The position numbers were made by a program, and so were the translations under genes. Of a DNA stretch of 64,000 bases, positions 24,125-34,800 are shown one piece after another. The notes below the pieces were generated by a model that had not been told where the DNA came from, ran no database searches, and saw only the letters and a list, made by a program, of their open reading frames with translations. Origin of the DNA: Zygnema circumcarinatum SAG 698-1b (taxonomy: Eukaryota; Plantae; Zygnematophyceae); assembly GCA_037447605.1 (NCBI GenBank), contig CM074810.1, forward strand, positions 2,142,880 to 2,206,879, given 5' to 3'. How positions within the stretch are numbered: the first letter of the stretch is position 1; every line of letters begins with the position of its first letter.

Positions 24125-25285
24125 TGTTGATGTATAGGTACATCAAGGTGTTGGTACTTAGTTCCTCGCATGAATGTTGTCCAGGAGATCATGTGTTGAT
24201 GTAGGGACAATGTCATGCATGAATGGTCATGTTTGGTATAGGACCAAACATGGGGGATGCCCAAATTGTTAGGGCAATGTACGGCAGGTCTAGGGAAGGT
24301 CTAGGGTCGTAGGTTTGCGGCTTAGGCTTAGACCGTACCAAAGGGGGTGCGCTGGATGCGCATTAATTGGTTTGGAGCGCGACTGTACGCACGCGCGCCA
24401 TGACACCGCACCACCGTGGAAATGTTCGGACGTGGGGTTTCTGAGCGCCAAAGGGTGAATCTCACACTCAAATGGGACATGACCGGGTCCGTGCCAGCAA
24501 GGAGATCGTGACGGCACTCTTGTCGGTACATTCGCATGATTAGCATGTACTTTCTAGTACGCATTTCTGGCTGGTGCTGAGGTACAATGGCGGCGGAGTC
24601 AGGAGTGACGGGGGCGGGAATGTGGGATATTTGAAAGTAGAAGATGGTGACATCAGAATGTCGGCGCACTGAATCAGGAGCTAGGAGGCGCTGCATTAAA
24701 CTGGTAGGAATCCCATGTGCAGACAGTACGGTTCCAAGGTGCTACGTGTCACATTTGGAGAGGGCCTGCAGGGCTTAGGTCGGTGGCCGACCGGAAACTA
24801 CGGTCCCACATGCAGCTGAGTTAGTGAGGAGCCACATCGACGTGTATCAGGATCAAGATGAGCTGAGTTGGATCTTGGCCCAGGAGCCGGATCTGTGCTA
24901 GCCAAGGGAGAGATTCTACCTATCATTGATATCAGGACAGGGCCCTCTCAGGCGCTGCATGGGTGGCCGTGACATGATGGCGTCACGTGACAAAGGCCGC
25001 CATGGTATATGAGGGAGCAAGCTTGGCTTCCTACTCACTCACTCATACTCACTCACTCTGAACGTTATGCTGCTCAACCTTCGTTAGGAAGAGTAGGCAG
25101 AGGCTGAGGCCTTGAGGAGTCCGGCCTTGTGTAGGGGGTCGTGAAAGAACTGTCTCTCATCATGGTTAACTCTAGTGAAAGAGTTAGAGATGTGTCCCTC
25201 TCGTGTTGAGGTAGAGGAGAAGTTCCAGCAAGCATATAGTGCTTAGCTACTACAGTTGGGGTGTAAGCTATCTATCAGAGGATAG
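24125..25285 (+). mobile_element. Nested LTR of the same family; right end in the gap
   Basis: TGTTGATGTATAGGTACATC restart at 24125. 24950-25285 parallels 25296-25650. Confidence 0.75.
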
Positions 25286-25896
25286 NNNNNNNNNNGCAAG
25301 GGCCGGCCGTGACGTGACAATTGTGCCACGTCACATCGCCATGGTTGCTTAAGAGAGAGCAAGCTTGGCTCTCTCACTACTCAACTAACTCAACTCACTA
25401 ACTCAAGCTCAACTCTCTCTGAATGTAATGCTGCTCTGTCGTTGGTTTTTTAGGAAGAGAAAGCAAAGGTTGAGGCGTAGAGGAGTCCGGCCTTGTGTAT
25501 GAAGGTCGTGAGAACTAGCTCTCATCATGCTAAGCTTTAATGAAGAAGTTAGATGATGTGTCCCTCATGTGTTGAGGTAGAGGAGGAGTTCATGGAGGCA
25601 ATAAGTACTTGGCTACTGCAGTCGGGGTGTAGGCTATCAGAGAATAGGATAGCGTTCATGTGAGGAGGAGAATCTAGCATAAGGGACTATGTAGATTTCC
25701 TCAAAGAGCTTGTATTACACTCATGAGTTTAAGGAGTTTTATGGCCGTGGGCTTTCTCCTTATTACTGCATCATTTGTCATGTGAGTCCTCGTGTTGGAT
25801 TGACGTGGTGGATGAGTGGAGGCAGCCATTGTATGGGCGGTGTGTTGCTCCACACGAGGAGATCATTGGAGGAGCGTGGACTTGAGGAGCCGAGAC

Positions 25897-26513
25897 TGTT
25901 GGTGTGAGGGGGCAGGAGAGACTAGTGGAAGGATAAAACATGCTTGAGTGAAACTACAAACTTCTTCCACATCTACTTAGGCCACATACCGCATCCGCCA
26001 CAGTATGCCTTCTCTTCCTCCCCTCACCAGGTGCGCACAGCGGAAAACAAAACGCGCCACCTACAAGAACACTTCTTCATCTCCTCCATGGTCTCGGCTC
26101 CTTCAACTCCACGCTCCTCCAATGGTCTCCACGTGTGATGCGACACACCGCCCATACAATGGTCGCCTCCACTCATCCATCACTCCAATCCAACACAAGG
26201 ATTCACATGTGACAAATGACACAAGTATAAGGAGAAAGCCCTCGGCCCTAAAACTCCTTAACATTCATAAGTGTAATACAAGCTCTCTTAGGAAATCNNN
26301 NNNNNNNTAAGCCTAAGCCGCAAATCTACGACCCTAGACCTTCCCTAGACCTTCCGTACATTGCCCTAACACTTTGGGCATCCCCCATGTTTGGTCCTAT
26401 ACCAAACATGACCATTCATACATGACATTGTCCCTACATCAACACATGATCTCCCGGACAACATCCATGCTAGGAACTAAGTACCAACACCTTGATGTAC
26501 CTATACATCAACA
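25897..26513 (-). mobile_element. Nested inverted LTR of the same family with TSD GAGAC; contains a gap
   Basis: GAGAC|TGTTGGTG at 25892-25897 and ACATCAACA|GAGAC at 26513-26518. Confidence 0.8.
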
Positions 26514-28469
26514 GAGACCATGGAGGAGTTGAAGTGTTCTTGTAGGTGACGCGTTTAGTTTTCCGCTGTGCGCACCTGGCAAGGGGTGGATGGAAGGCAG
26601 ATCGTGGAGGAAGCGGTATGTGGCCCAAGTGGAAGATGAAGAAAGTTTTGAGCTTCATCCGGGCATGTATTTATCCCTTCCTTGAAGTCTGCCCTCTGGG
26701 CCCCTTGCACCAACAGAGAGAGGGGGCGAGTGAGAGAGGGAGGGAGGAAAGGGTAGGGAAGGGAGAAGAGAAAACAGAAATGGGAAACAAAACGAATGCG
26801 GGGCAGCACGAAGAGGGCGAAAGGGAAGCGAAGGGTGGGGAGTAGCGGGACCTGCTATTTATGCTTTGGCAATCGCTTCTTATACTAGACATTATTTAGT
26901 GCTTCTCCAGATACTGCACTTCTAGTGTTGATCATATTGTCCCTTTTGGAAGTGCTTTAAGGAAGTGCATCGCGAGTTCAATGAAAGTTTGCGTTACTTT
27001 AATGTATTTCGTTATATCAGAACCTTATATTATCCTTATTATTTTTTGGCAAATGATATAGTCGGCCCACTTTTTGGATATCCGCGCCCCCTTTCGAGAA
27101 AAAGCTGTACTTTCATTTTGGCTAATCACGCCCCCCCCTTGGATCTTTCGGGAGGAGAGATCTTGTAGACAATCGGACCCCGCGCCTCGCGCGCAGGATC
27201 CGACTGTGCACCGACGTACGGCGCCGCGCATCGCGGCGCGGCCCGCGAGATGCGGCGAGCCTACGGAAACGTTGTCCTCACCTGACCCTTTTGGGTCAGA
27301 GGTTGTGACGTGGCAGTCTACCATTGGACAGCCCTGCTGCCGGTCCCCCATGCCGATACAGTGGACCCCCATAATATTTTCCANNNNNNNNNNTAAGCCT
27401 AAGCCGCAAATCTACGACCCTAGACCTTCCCTAGACCTTCCGTACATTGCCCTAACACTTTGGGCATCCCCCATGTTTGGTCCTATACCAAACATGACCA
27501 TTCATACATGACATTGTCCCTACATCAACACATGATCTCCCGGACAACATCCATGCTAGGAACTAAGTACCAACACCTTGATGTACCTATACATCAACAG
27601 AGACCATGGAGGAGTTGAAGTGTTCTTGTAGGTGACGCGTTTAGTTTTCCGCTGTGCGCACCTGGCAAGGGGTGGATGGAAGGCAGATCGTGGAGGAAGC
27701 GGTATGTGGCCCAAGTGGAAGATGAAGAAAGTTTTGAGCTTCATCCGGGCATGTATTTATCCCTTCCTTGAAGTCTGCCCTCTGGGCCCCTTGCACCAAC
27801 AGAGAGAGGGGGCGAGTGAGAGAGGGAGGGAGGAAAGGGTAGGGAAGGGAGAAGAGAAAACAGAAATGGGAAACAAAACGAATGCGGGGCAGCACGAAGA
27901 GGGCGAAAGGGAAGCGAAGGGTGGGGAGTAGCGGGACCTGCTATTTATGCTTTGGCAATCGCTTCTTATACTAGACATTATTTAGTGCTTCTCCAGATAC
28001 TGCACTTCTAGTGTTGATCATATTGTCCCTTTTGGAAGTGCTTTAAGGAAGTGCATCGCGAGTTCAATGAAAGTTTGCGTTACTTTAATGTATTTCGTTA
28101 TATCAGAACCTTATATTATCCTTATTATTTTTTGGCAAATGATATAGTCGGCCCACTTTTTGGATATCCGCGCCCCCTTTCGAGAAAAAGCTGTACTTTC
28201 ATTTTGGCTAATCACGCCCCCCCCTTGGATCTTTCGGGAGGAGAGATCTTGTAGACAATCGGACCCCGCGCCTCGCGCGCAGGATCCGACTGTGCACCGA
28301 CGTACGGCGCCGCGCATCGCGGCGCGGCCCGCGAGATGCGGCGAGCCTACGGAAACGTTGTCCTCACCTGACCCTTTTGGGTCAGAGGTTGTGACGTGGC
28401 AGTCTACCATTGGACAGCCCTGCTGCCGGTCCCCCATGCCGATACAGTGGACCCGCATAATATTTTCGC
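26308..28469. repeat. Near-identical direct duplication 26308-27383 / 27394-28469 (offset 1086), probably an assembly overlap
   Basis: Both copies begin at the same base immediately after a 10-N gap, and identical ORFs appear at offset 1086. Confidence 0.85.
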
Positions 28470-29186
28470 CATGGTTTCGGCAAATACTGGGCGAAACTAT
28501 TGCAATTTGCAAATATAAGGTCCGTGTTACCAGTAGGCGAGAGGTAAAATGTTAGAGTTCATGTCTGTCCGTATGTATCGTATCGTATCGTATCGTACCG
28601 TGCCGTGCTTTAGATACACGAGCTCCTTTTGGTGCCGTACCTATACCGTATGATTTATAGATTCTATTCGTACTTACCGTACAGCGTAATAGCGTGACCC
28701 ATGTTTGAATCCGTTTCTATTAACAGATTTTGTATTGGAGAATAAGGTCAGGTAAGGTTAACACCCCTAATACGTTAACACTGAGTTACCGTACAAAATG
28801 GTGGTTTCAGCAAAATCGGGGCGAATTTCTCGGGGACGCACTGTACAAGGTGGAAAATATTATGGGGGTCCACTGTATCGGCATGGGGGACCGGCAGCAG
28901 GGCTGTCCAATGGTAGACTGCCACGTCACAACCTCTGACCCAAAAGGGTCAGGTGAGGACAACGTTTCCGTAGGCTCGCCGCATCTCGCGGGCCGCGCCG
29001 CGATGCGCGGCGCCGTACGTCGGTGCACGGTCGGATCCTGCGCGCGAGGCGCGGGGTCCGATTGTCTACAAGATCTCTCCTCCCGAAAGATCCAAGGGGG
29101 GGGGCGTGATTAGCCAAAATAAAAGTACAGCTTTTTTCCGAAAGGGGGCGTGGATATCCAAAAGTGGGGCGGCTGTATCATTTTCC
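28134..29186. mobile_element. Non-autonomous long-TIR DNA transposon (Mutator-like/foldback), 1053 bp: 334-bp TIRs, 385-bp core, 8-bp TSD TATTTTTT
   Basis: Ends GGCAAATGATATAG... and ...CTGTATCATTTTCC. TIRs at 28134-28467 and 28853-29186. TATTTTTT at 28126-28133 and 29187-29194. The paralogous site at ~8553 has a single TATTTTTT before AGGCTTTGTG. Confidence 0.82.
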
Positions 29187-30002
29187 TATTTTTTAGGCTT
29201 TGTGTTTCAGCTTGTGAAGGATACCGAGTTTTTTCAAGGATAAAAAAAAATCACGCATGGCAAAAAATACATAAACTTATATATGTGTGACCTTCGAAAC
29301 TACTACTAGGGCTGCGCTGTCGGGCCTAAACGTAAAGCCTTCCGCTCTAGGTTTTTTCTTTCACTCCTTAGGTCCTTTGTGACCAGTCCCTCGTAGTTTC
29401 CGATGATTCTTCTGTCCATGTACATTTTATGGCATCGTCATCATGAGATCAATGCCACATTATTCTCTCGGTATGGTTTAGGTTATCCGTGTATTCCGCA
29501 TGCATGCATGGCATAGCATGTGATACATCACGGGCCCATAATGCATACATGGTCAAGCAGCATGTGGATACCCGAGTGGAACATTCCATNNNNNNNNNNA
29601 TGGAATGTTCCACTCGGGTATCCACATGCTGCTTGACCATGTATGCATTATGGGCCCGTGATGTATCACATGCTATGCCATGCATGCATGCGGAATACAC
29701 GGATAACCTAAACCATACCGAGAGAATAATGTGGCATTGATCTCATGATGACGATGCCATAAAATGTACATGGACAGAAGAATCATCGGAAACTACGAGG
29801 GACTGGTCACAAAGGACCTAAGGAGTGAAAGAAAAAACCTAGAGCGGAAGGCTTTACGTTTAGGCCCGACAGCGCAGCCCTAGTAGTAGTTTCGAAGGTC
29901 ACACATATATAAGTTTATGTATTTTTTGCCATGCGTGATTTTTTTTTATCCTTGAAAAAACTCGGTATCCTTCACAAGCTGAAACACAAAGCCTAAAAAA
30001 TA

Positions 30003-31055
30003 GGAAAATGATACAGCCGCCCCACTTTTGGATATCCACGCCCCCTTTCGGAAAAAAGCTGTACTTTTATTTTGGCTAATCACGCCCCCCCCCTTGGATC
30101 TTTCGGGAGGAGAGATCTTGTAGACAATCGGACCCCGCGCCTCGCGCGCAGGATCCGACCGTGCACCGACGTACGGCGCCGCGCATCGCGGCGCGGCCCG
30201 CGAGATGCGGCGAGCCTACGGAAACGTTGTCCTCACCTGACCCTTTTGGGTCAGAGGTTGTGACGTGGCAGTCTACCATTGGACAGCCCTGCTGCCGGTC
30301 CCCCATGCCGATACAGTGGACCCCCATAATATTTTCCACCTTGTACAGTGCGTCCCCGAGAAATTCGCCCCGATTTTGCTGAAACCACCATTTTGTACGG
30401 TAACTCAGTGTTAACGTATTAGGGGTGTTAACCTTACCTGACCTTATTCTCCAATACAAAATCTGTTAATAGAAACGGATTCAAACATGGGTCACGCTAT
30501 TACGCTGTACGGTAAGTACGAATAGAATCTATAAATCATACGGTATAGGTACGGCACCAAAAGGAGCTCGTGTATCTAAAGCACGGCACGGTACGATACG
30601 ATACGATACGATACATACGGACAGACATGAACTCTAACATTTTACCTCTCGCCTACTGGTAACACGGACCTTATATTTGCAAATTGCAATAGTTTCGCCC
30701 AGTATTTGCCGAAACCATGGCGAAAATATTATGCGGGTCCACTGTATCGGCATGGGGGACCGGGAGCAGGGCTGTCCAATGGTAGACTGCCACGTCGCAA
30801 CCTCTGACCCAAAAGGGTCAGGTGAGGACAACGTTTCCGTAGGCTCGCCGCATCTCGCGGGCCGCGCCGCGATGCGCGGCGCCGTACGTCGGTGCACGGT
30901 CGGATCCTGCGCGCGAGGCGCGGGGTCCGATTGTCTACAAGATCTCTCCTCCCGAAAGATCCAAGGGGGGGGGCGTGATTAGCCAAAATAAAAGTACAGC
31001 TTTTTTCCGAAAGGGGGCGTGGATATCCAAAAGTGGGGCGGCTGTATCATTTTCC
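30003..31055. mobile_element. Second 1053-bp copy of the long-TIR element with inverted core; part of a palindrome centred on the gap at 29590-29599
   Basis: Mirror coordinates sum to 59189. 30722-31458 also repeats 28853-29589 directly. Confidence 0.7.
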
Positions 31056-31811
31056 TATTTTTTAGGCTTTGTGTTTCAGCTTGTGAAGGATACCGAGTTT
31101 TTTCAAGGATAAAAAAAAATCACGCATGGCAAAAAATACATAAACTTATATATGTGTGACCTTCGAAACTACTACTAGGGCTGCGCTGTCGGGCCTAAAC
31201 GTAAAGCCTTCCGCTCTAGGTTTTTTCTTTCACTCCTTAGGTCCTTTGTGACCAGTCCCTCGTAGTTTCCGATGATTCTTCTGTCCATGTACATTTTATG
31301 GCATCGTCATCATGAGATCAATGCCACATTATTCTCTCGGTATGGTTTAGGTTATCCGTGTATTCCGCATGCATGCATGGCATAGCATGTGATACATCAC
31401 GGGCCCATAATGCATACATGGTCAAGCAGCATGTGGATACCCGAGTGGAACATTCCATGATCCATTTGGAGTTTGCGGTCATCTTCACTAATGACATTAT
31501 TTCCTAAAAGTAGCCCAAAATTCGAAATTCTGTAGAGCCTGACTCCCATAACAAGATTGCCCAAGCACAAGGAAAAGATGAGAGAGAGGTGTAGGGAAGG
31601 CGAGATGGTAGAGAGGGGGAGAGAGGGGGGGAAGAGTAGGAGAGGGGAGAGCGAGGAAGGGAGAGAAAGAGAGGGAGAACGATAGACACCAGATAGGAGA
31701 GGGAGAGAGGGAAAGTCTGCAAGTGGGAGACAGAGGGAAGCGAGCGAGAGGGAGAGAACGAGAGAGGGATGGGGAGTGAGGGGAAGAGAGAGAGAGAGAG
31801 AAGAGTTCCAA

Positions 31812-34800
31812 CTATCTCCCTCCCCCCCCTGCGGCCACGGATCCCTGCAGCAGCGGCTGCAACATTCCTCGCAGTGCTCCAAAAGCTTCCAAAACGAGAA
31901 TCTCTACTCTCACTTTTTCCCGCAGAATTGTTATCTGACACCAATAATGAATTACATGTCAGTTTCTAATCAGCAATTCATCACAATTGCAGGACAAGAA
32001 GAGAAGGGAGGGAGGGGAGAAACGCACTCATATGCAACAAGCCTTTGAAACACTATGAGGGCATTATTTTTGAATTTTATTTTCAAACAAAAAACAAACA
32101 TAAGTAGTGAGTGGAGCGTACCTGACGATCTATGGCAGGCGACATGCCGAGCACACTTCCGTACATATCCAGCAGTCGATTTGCCACAGGAATTAGGAAT
32201 TTGGAATACCGAGGATTGGTCACATTCCTGGTTAACCACAACATGGACCATGTGAGAAGCATTCCACAGCTCGTAGAAGGTCGGGGAAGGTTGTGAAACT
32301 CGGAAGGCCCTAAGGGCTTTTACGGATATTTTGGATACTTCCAAGTATTCGTGTCTAGGGGGCGTGTAGAAGGCCCCTCCCCCTCTCCCTCTCCCCCCTC
32401 CTCTTCCTTTCCCTCTTCCTCTCCCTCTCCCTCTCCCTCGCCCTCTCCCTCTCCTGCTCCCTCTCCCTCTCCCTCTCCCTCTCCCTCTCCCTCTCCCNNN
32501 NNNNNNNCCCTCTCCCTCTCCCTCTCCCTCTCCCTCTCCCTCTCCCTCTCCATCTCCCCCTCCCCTTCCCCCTCTCCCTCTCCCTCTCCCTCTCCCTCTC
32601 CCTCTCCCCTCCCTCACCCTCCCTCACCCTCTCCTTCGGCCTCTCCCTTTCCTGTCCCTCCCCCTCCATTCCCCTCCCCCACTGTCTCCCCCACTTCCTC
32701 TTCTTTTCCCTGCCTCCCCTTCCCCCCGCCTCCCCTCCTCTCTCTCTCTCCCACCATTCTCCTCCCCCCTTGTTTCTTTCTACCTTTCCCTCTCCCTCTC
32801 CCTCTCCTTTGCCCTCTCCCTTTCCTGCCCCCCCCTCCAACCCCCTCCATTCCCCTCCCCCTCTCTCTCCCCCTCGTCCCCTTCCTCTCCCTCTCTCCCC
32901 CCCCCCCTCTCCTCCTCCCCTACTCTCTCTCCCCCACTTCCCCTTCCTTCCCCCCCTTCTCTCTCTCTCTCCCTCTCTCTCTGTCCCTCTCAACGAATAG
33001 AAATCTCAAAGCGAGGAACTTGCACACCCTTCCAACACTCCTCCCTCTCAACTAAAAGCAGCAGAGGTAGATCCCCCCTCACTTGGCTGCAAAGGCGAGG
33101 AGGGCTTCGAGAGAGGCGGCGCTTCGCCCGCTCATCGCCGTCCGCAGACCTCCCCTTGCGACCAGCTCCTCCATCACGGCCACTACCACCTGCAAAACCC
33201 CCCCATATTTTAGGGTTTAACGTTTCAATTAATTAATTCTCTTTTTTTCATGATTTGAAACATGACAAACGAAGTACTTTGCCTATGACGAGAACACGTT
33301 ACAAAGGAATGGCACCTTTGTTTGGCTGGCCCTCATTTAAAGTCAAAGATTTCAGCATTCAGCTCTCAGCTAGAGCTAATATTTTTCATAATCATAGGGC
33401 AGCCAATAGGTTCCAAAACTGATAATCAACACCAACATAGAAATGCTCCATCATTAAATAAAACCGCAAAGTCTCTGAAATATTGACTTCTTAAACTCCT
33501 AGTGTTTGAAAATATTTTCAAATCTGACCTCTGCATGGCCTGTCTCCAGTGCGGAGGTGAGAGCTTCCATGTATCGAAATTTCCGTAACAAACGATCGTG
33601 GACAGCTAAATGTGCCCGTTTTCTCTGAGCTACTAAAAAGTCCTCCGCCTGCAACACACCAAAAAGGAGTTTAAATGTATCTATTTAGAAAGGTTCACCT
33701 AAAACACGCGTACCTCCTTTCCCTGCTTTTTCCAAACTGAGAAGAATCTGTTTTGAAATCTGGATTAAAATTTCCATTCCATTGGAGGGAGTTTAAAATC
33801 TGAAAAAAGTGGGGATTCATTGCAGGGATGCCTATCTAAGGATTTGTTCCAGTAACATCTACGAGGTCTATTTTGTCCTCTAAAGGTCTATTTTCAAAGC
33901 AAAAGAAACCTTTAAAAACGGATACATTGACATACCGCTGCTTTCTCGTTCTTCCCTCTTATGAAGTACCGATATGAGGAGGCCTGCAAAGGCTTCTTCC
34001 TGGTTGGTCTCTTCCTCTGCTTCTCTCCGGGCAGCCCCGAGAGAACTATGCTTTTCCGACGGGGCTGCAAAGGAGCCATTTTGCGCTGCCTAATAGAAAG
34101 AACTCCGGACGACATTCCGACTGCGAGAGTGGAGGTAAGGGGAGAGACTGCGACAGAGAGGACGGGGTCCGGATAGCGCACAGCGTGAAGGACCTGCATG
34201 AAAAATAAAAAAAAGATTTATTAAATATCCCCTCCCCTCCATTCTTCACTCACTCATTGGCCTCCTCTCTCTCCTTCCCAATTGCATTCCCTCCCCTCTC
34301 TCCTTCCCTTCCCTCTCGCCTTTCCTCTCCCCCTTCCCTCACCTCTCTCCTTCCCTCCCTCCCCTCCCCTTTCTCCTTCCTCTCTCCTTTCTCCTGCAGC
34401 CGTTCCTCTCCCCTCCCCTACCGTCTGAAAGGTTACAAAGAGAGGGAAGGCCGTATCCGAAAATGGAAAAAGAAGCACAGAGGTAATTAAATAATAATAA
34501 TAATAGAGACTGACCCGGAAATTGTCGAGATCATAAACCTTGACGTGGCAGTCGGCCGAGCCGGTGAGCAGGCGAGGACCAAAGGAGCGTTGGGAGGGAG
34601 AGGAAGAGAGGGGCGCAGCAAGAGAGAGAGAGGTCACAATCTTCTGATGGTTGGAGAGCCGGTGAAGGAGCCGGCCTCCTCCCATCACATCCCATATATT
34701 CACATGGTTTCCCGCTGCAAAAGAAAAAGAAGACAGTCGAATAACATAAGCGTTCCTTACTGTACACCGGCACTTCATCGGTCCAAGCAGCGATGACTAT

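Larger units (their letters stand above)
23578..26715 (+). mobile_element. Copia LTR, apparently solo, with TSD GAGAG; contains two further LTRs of the same family
   Basis: GAGAG|TGTTGATG at 23573-23578 and GCACCAACA|GAGAG at 26715-26720. No PBS follows; host pseudogene sequence resumes directly. Confidence 0.8.
15584..26733 (+). pseudogene. Paralog of the 7222-8298 membrane gene, split into 15584-15817, 22790-23577 and 26716-26733 by two LTR insertions
   Basis: PWTPN...ADFSPDDFGASII...CTTLLFLYSLIPLFRYKILKNNVN resumes after the insertion as FGDKVRFQSAVDLVL. The C-terminus AADCEAGAEEQSEGTSSVEGLREGRGRSGPAVEHERGE|RGGE* matches the intact copy. No in-frame ATG; frameshifts at 22860-23340. Confidence 0.88.

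Noticed and set aside
26308-27383. Recent tandem duplication
   Set aside because: Both copies start at the same base after 10-N gaps and are essentially identical, which is typical of scaffold overlap.
29449-29740. Identical 83-aa ORFs on both strands
   Set aside because: A by-product of the gap-centred palindrome, with no coding signature.
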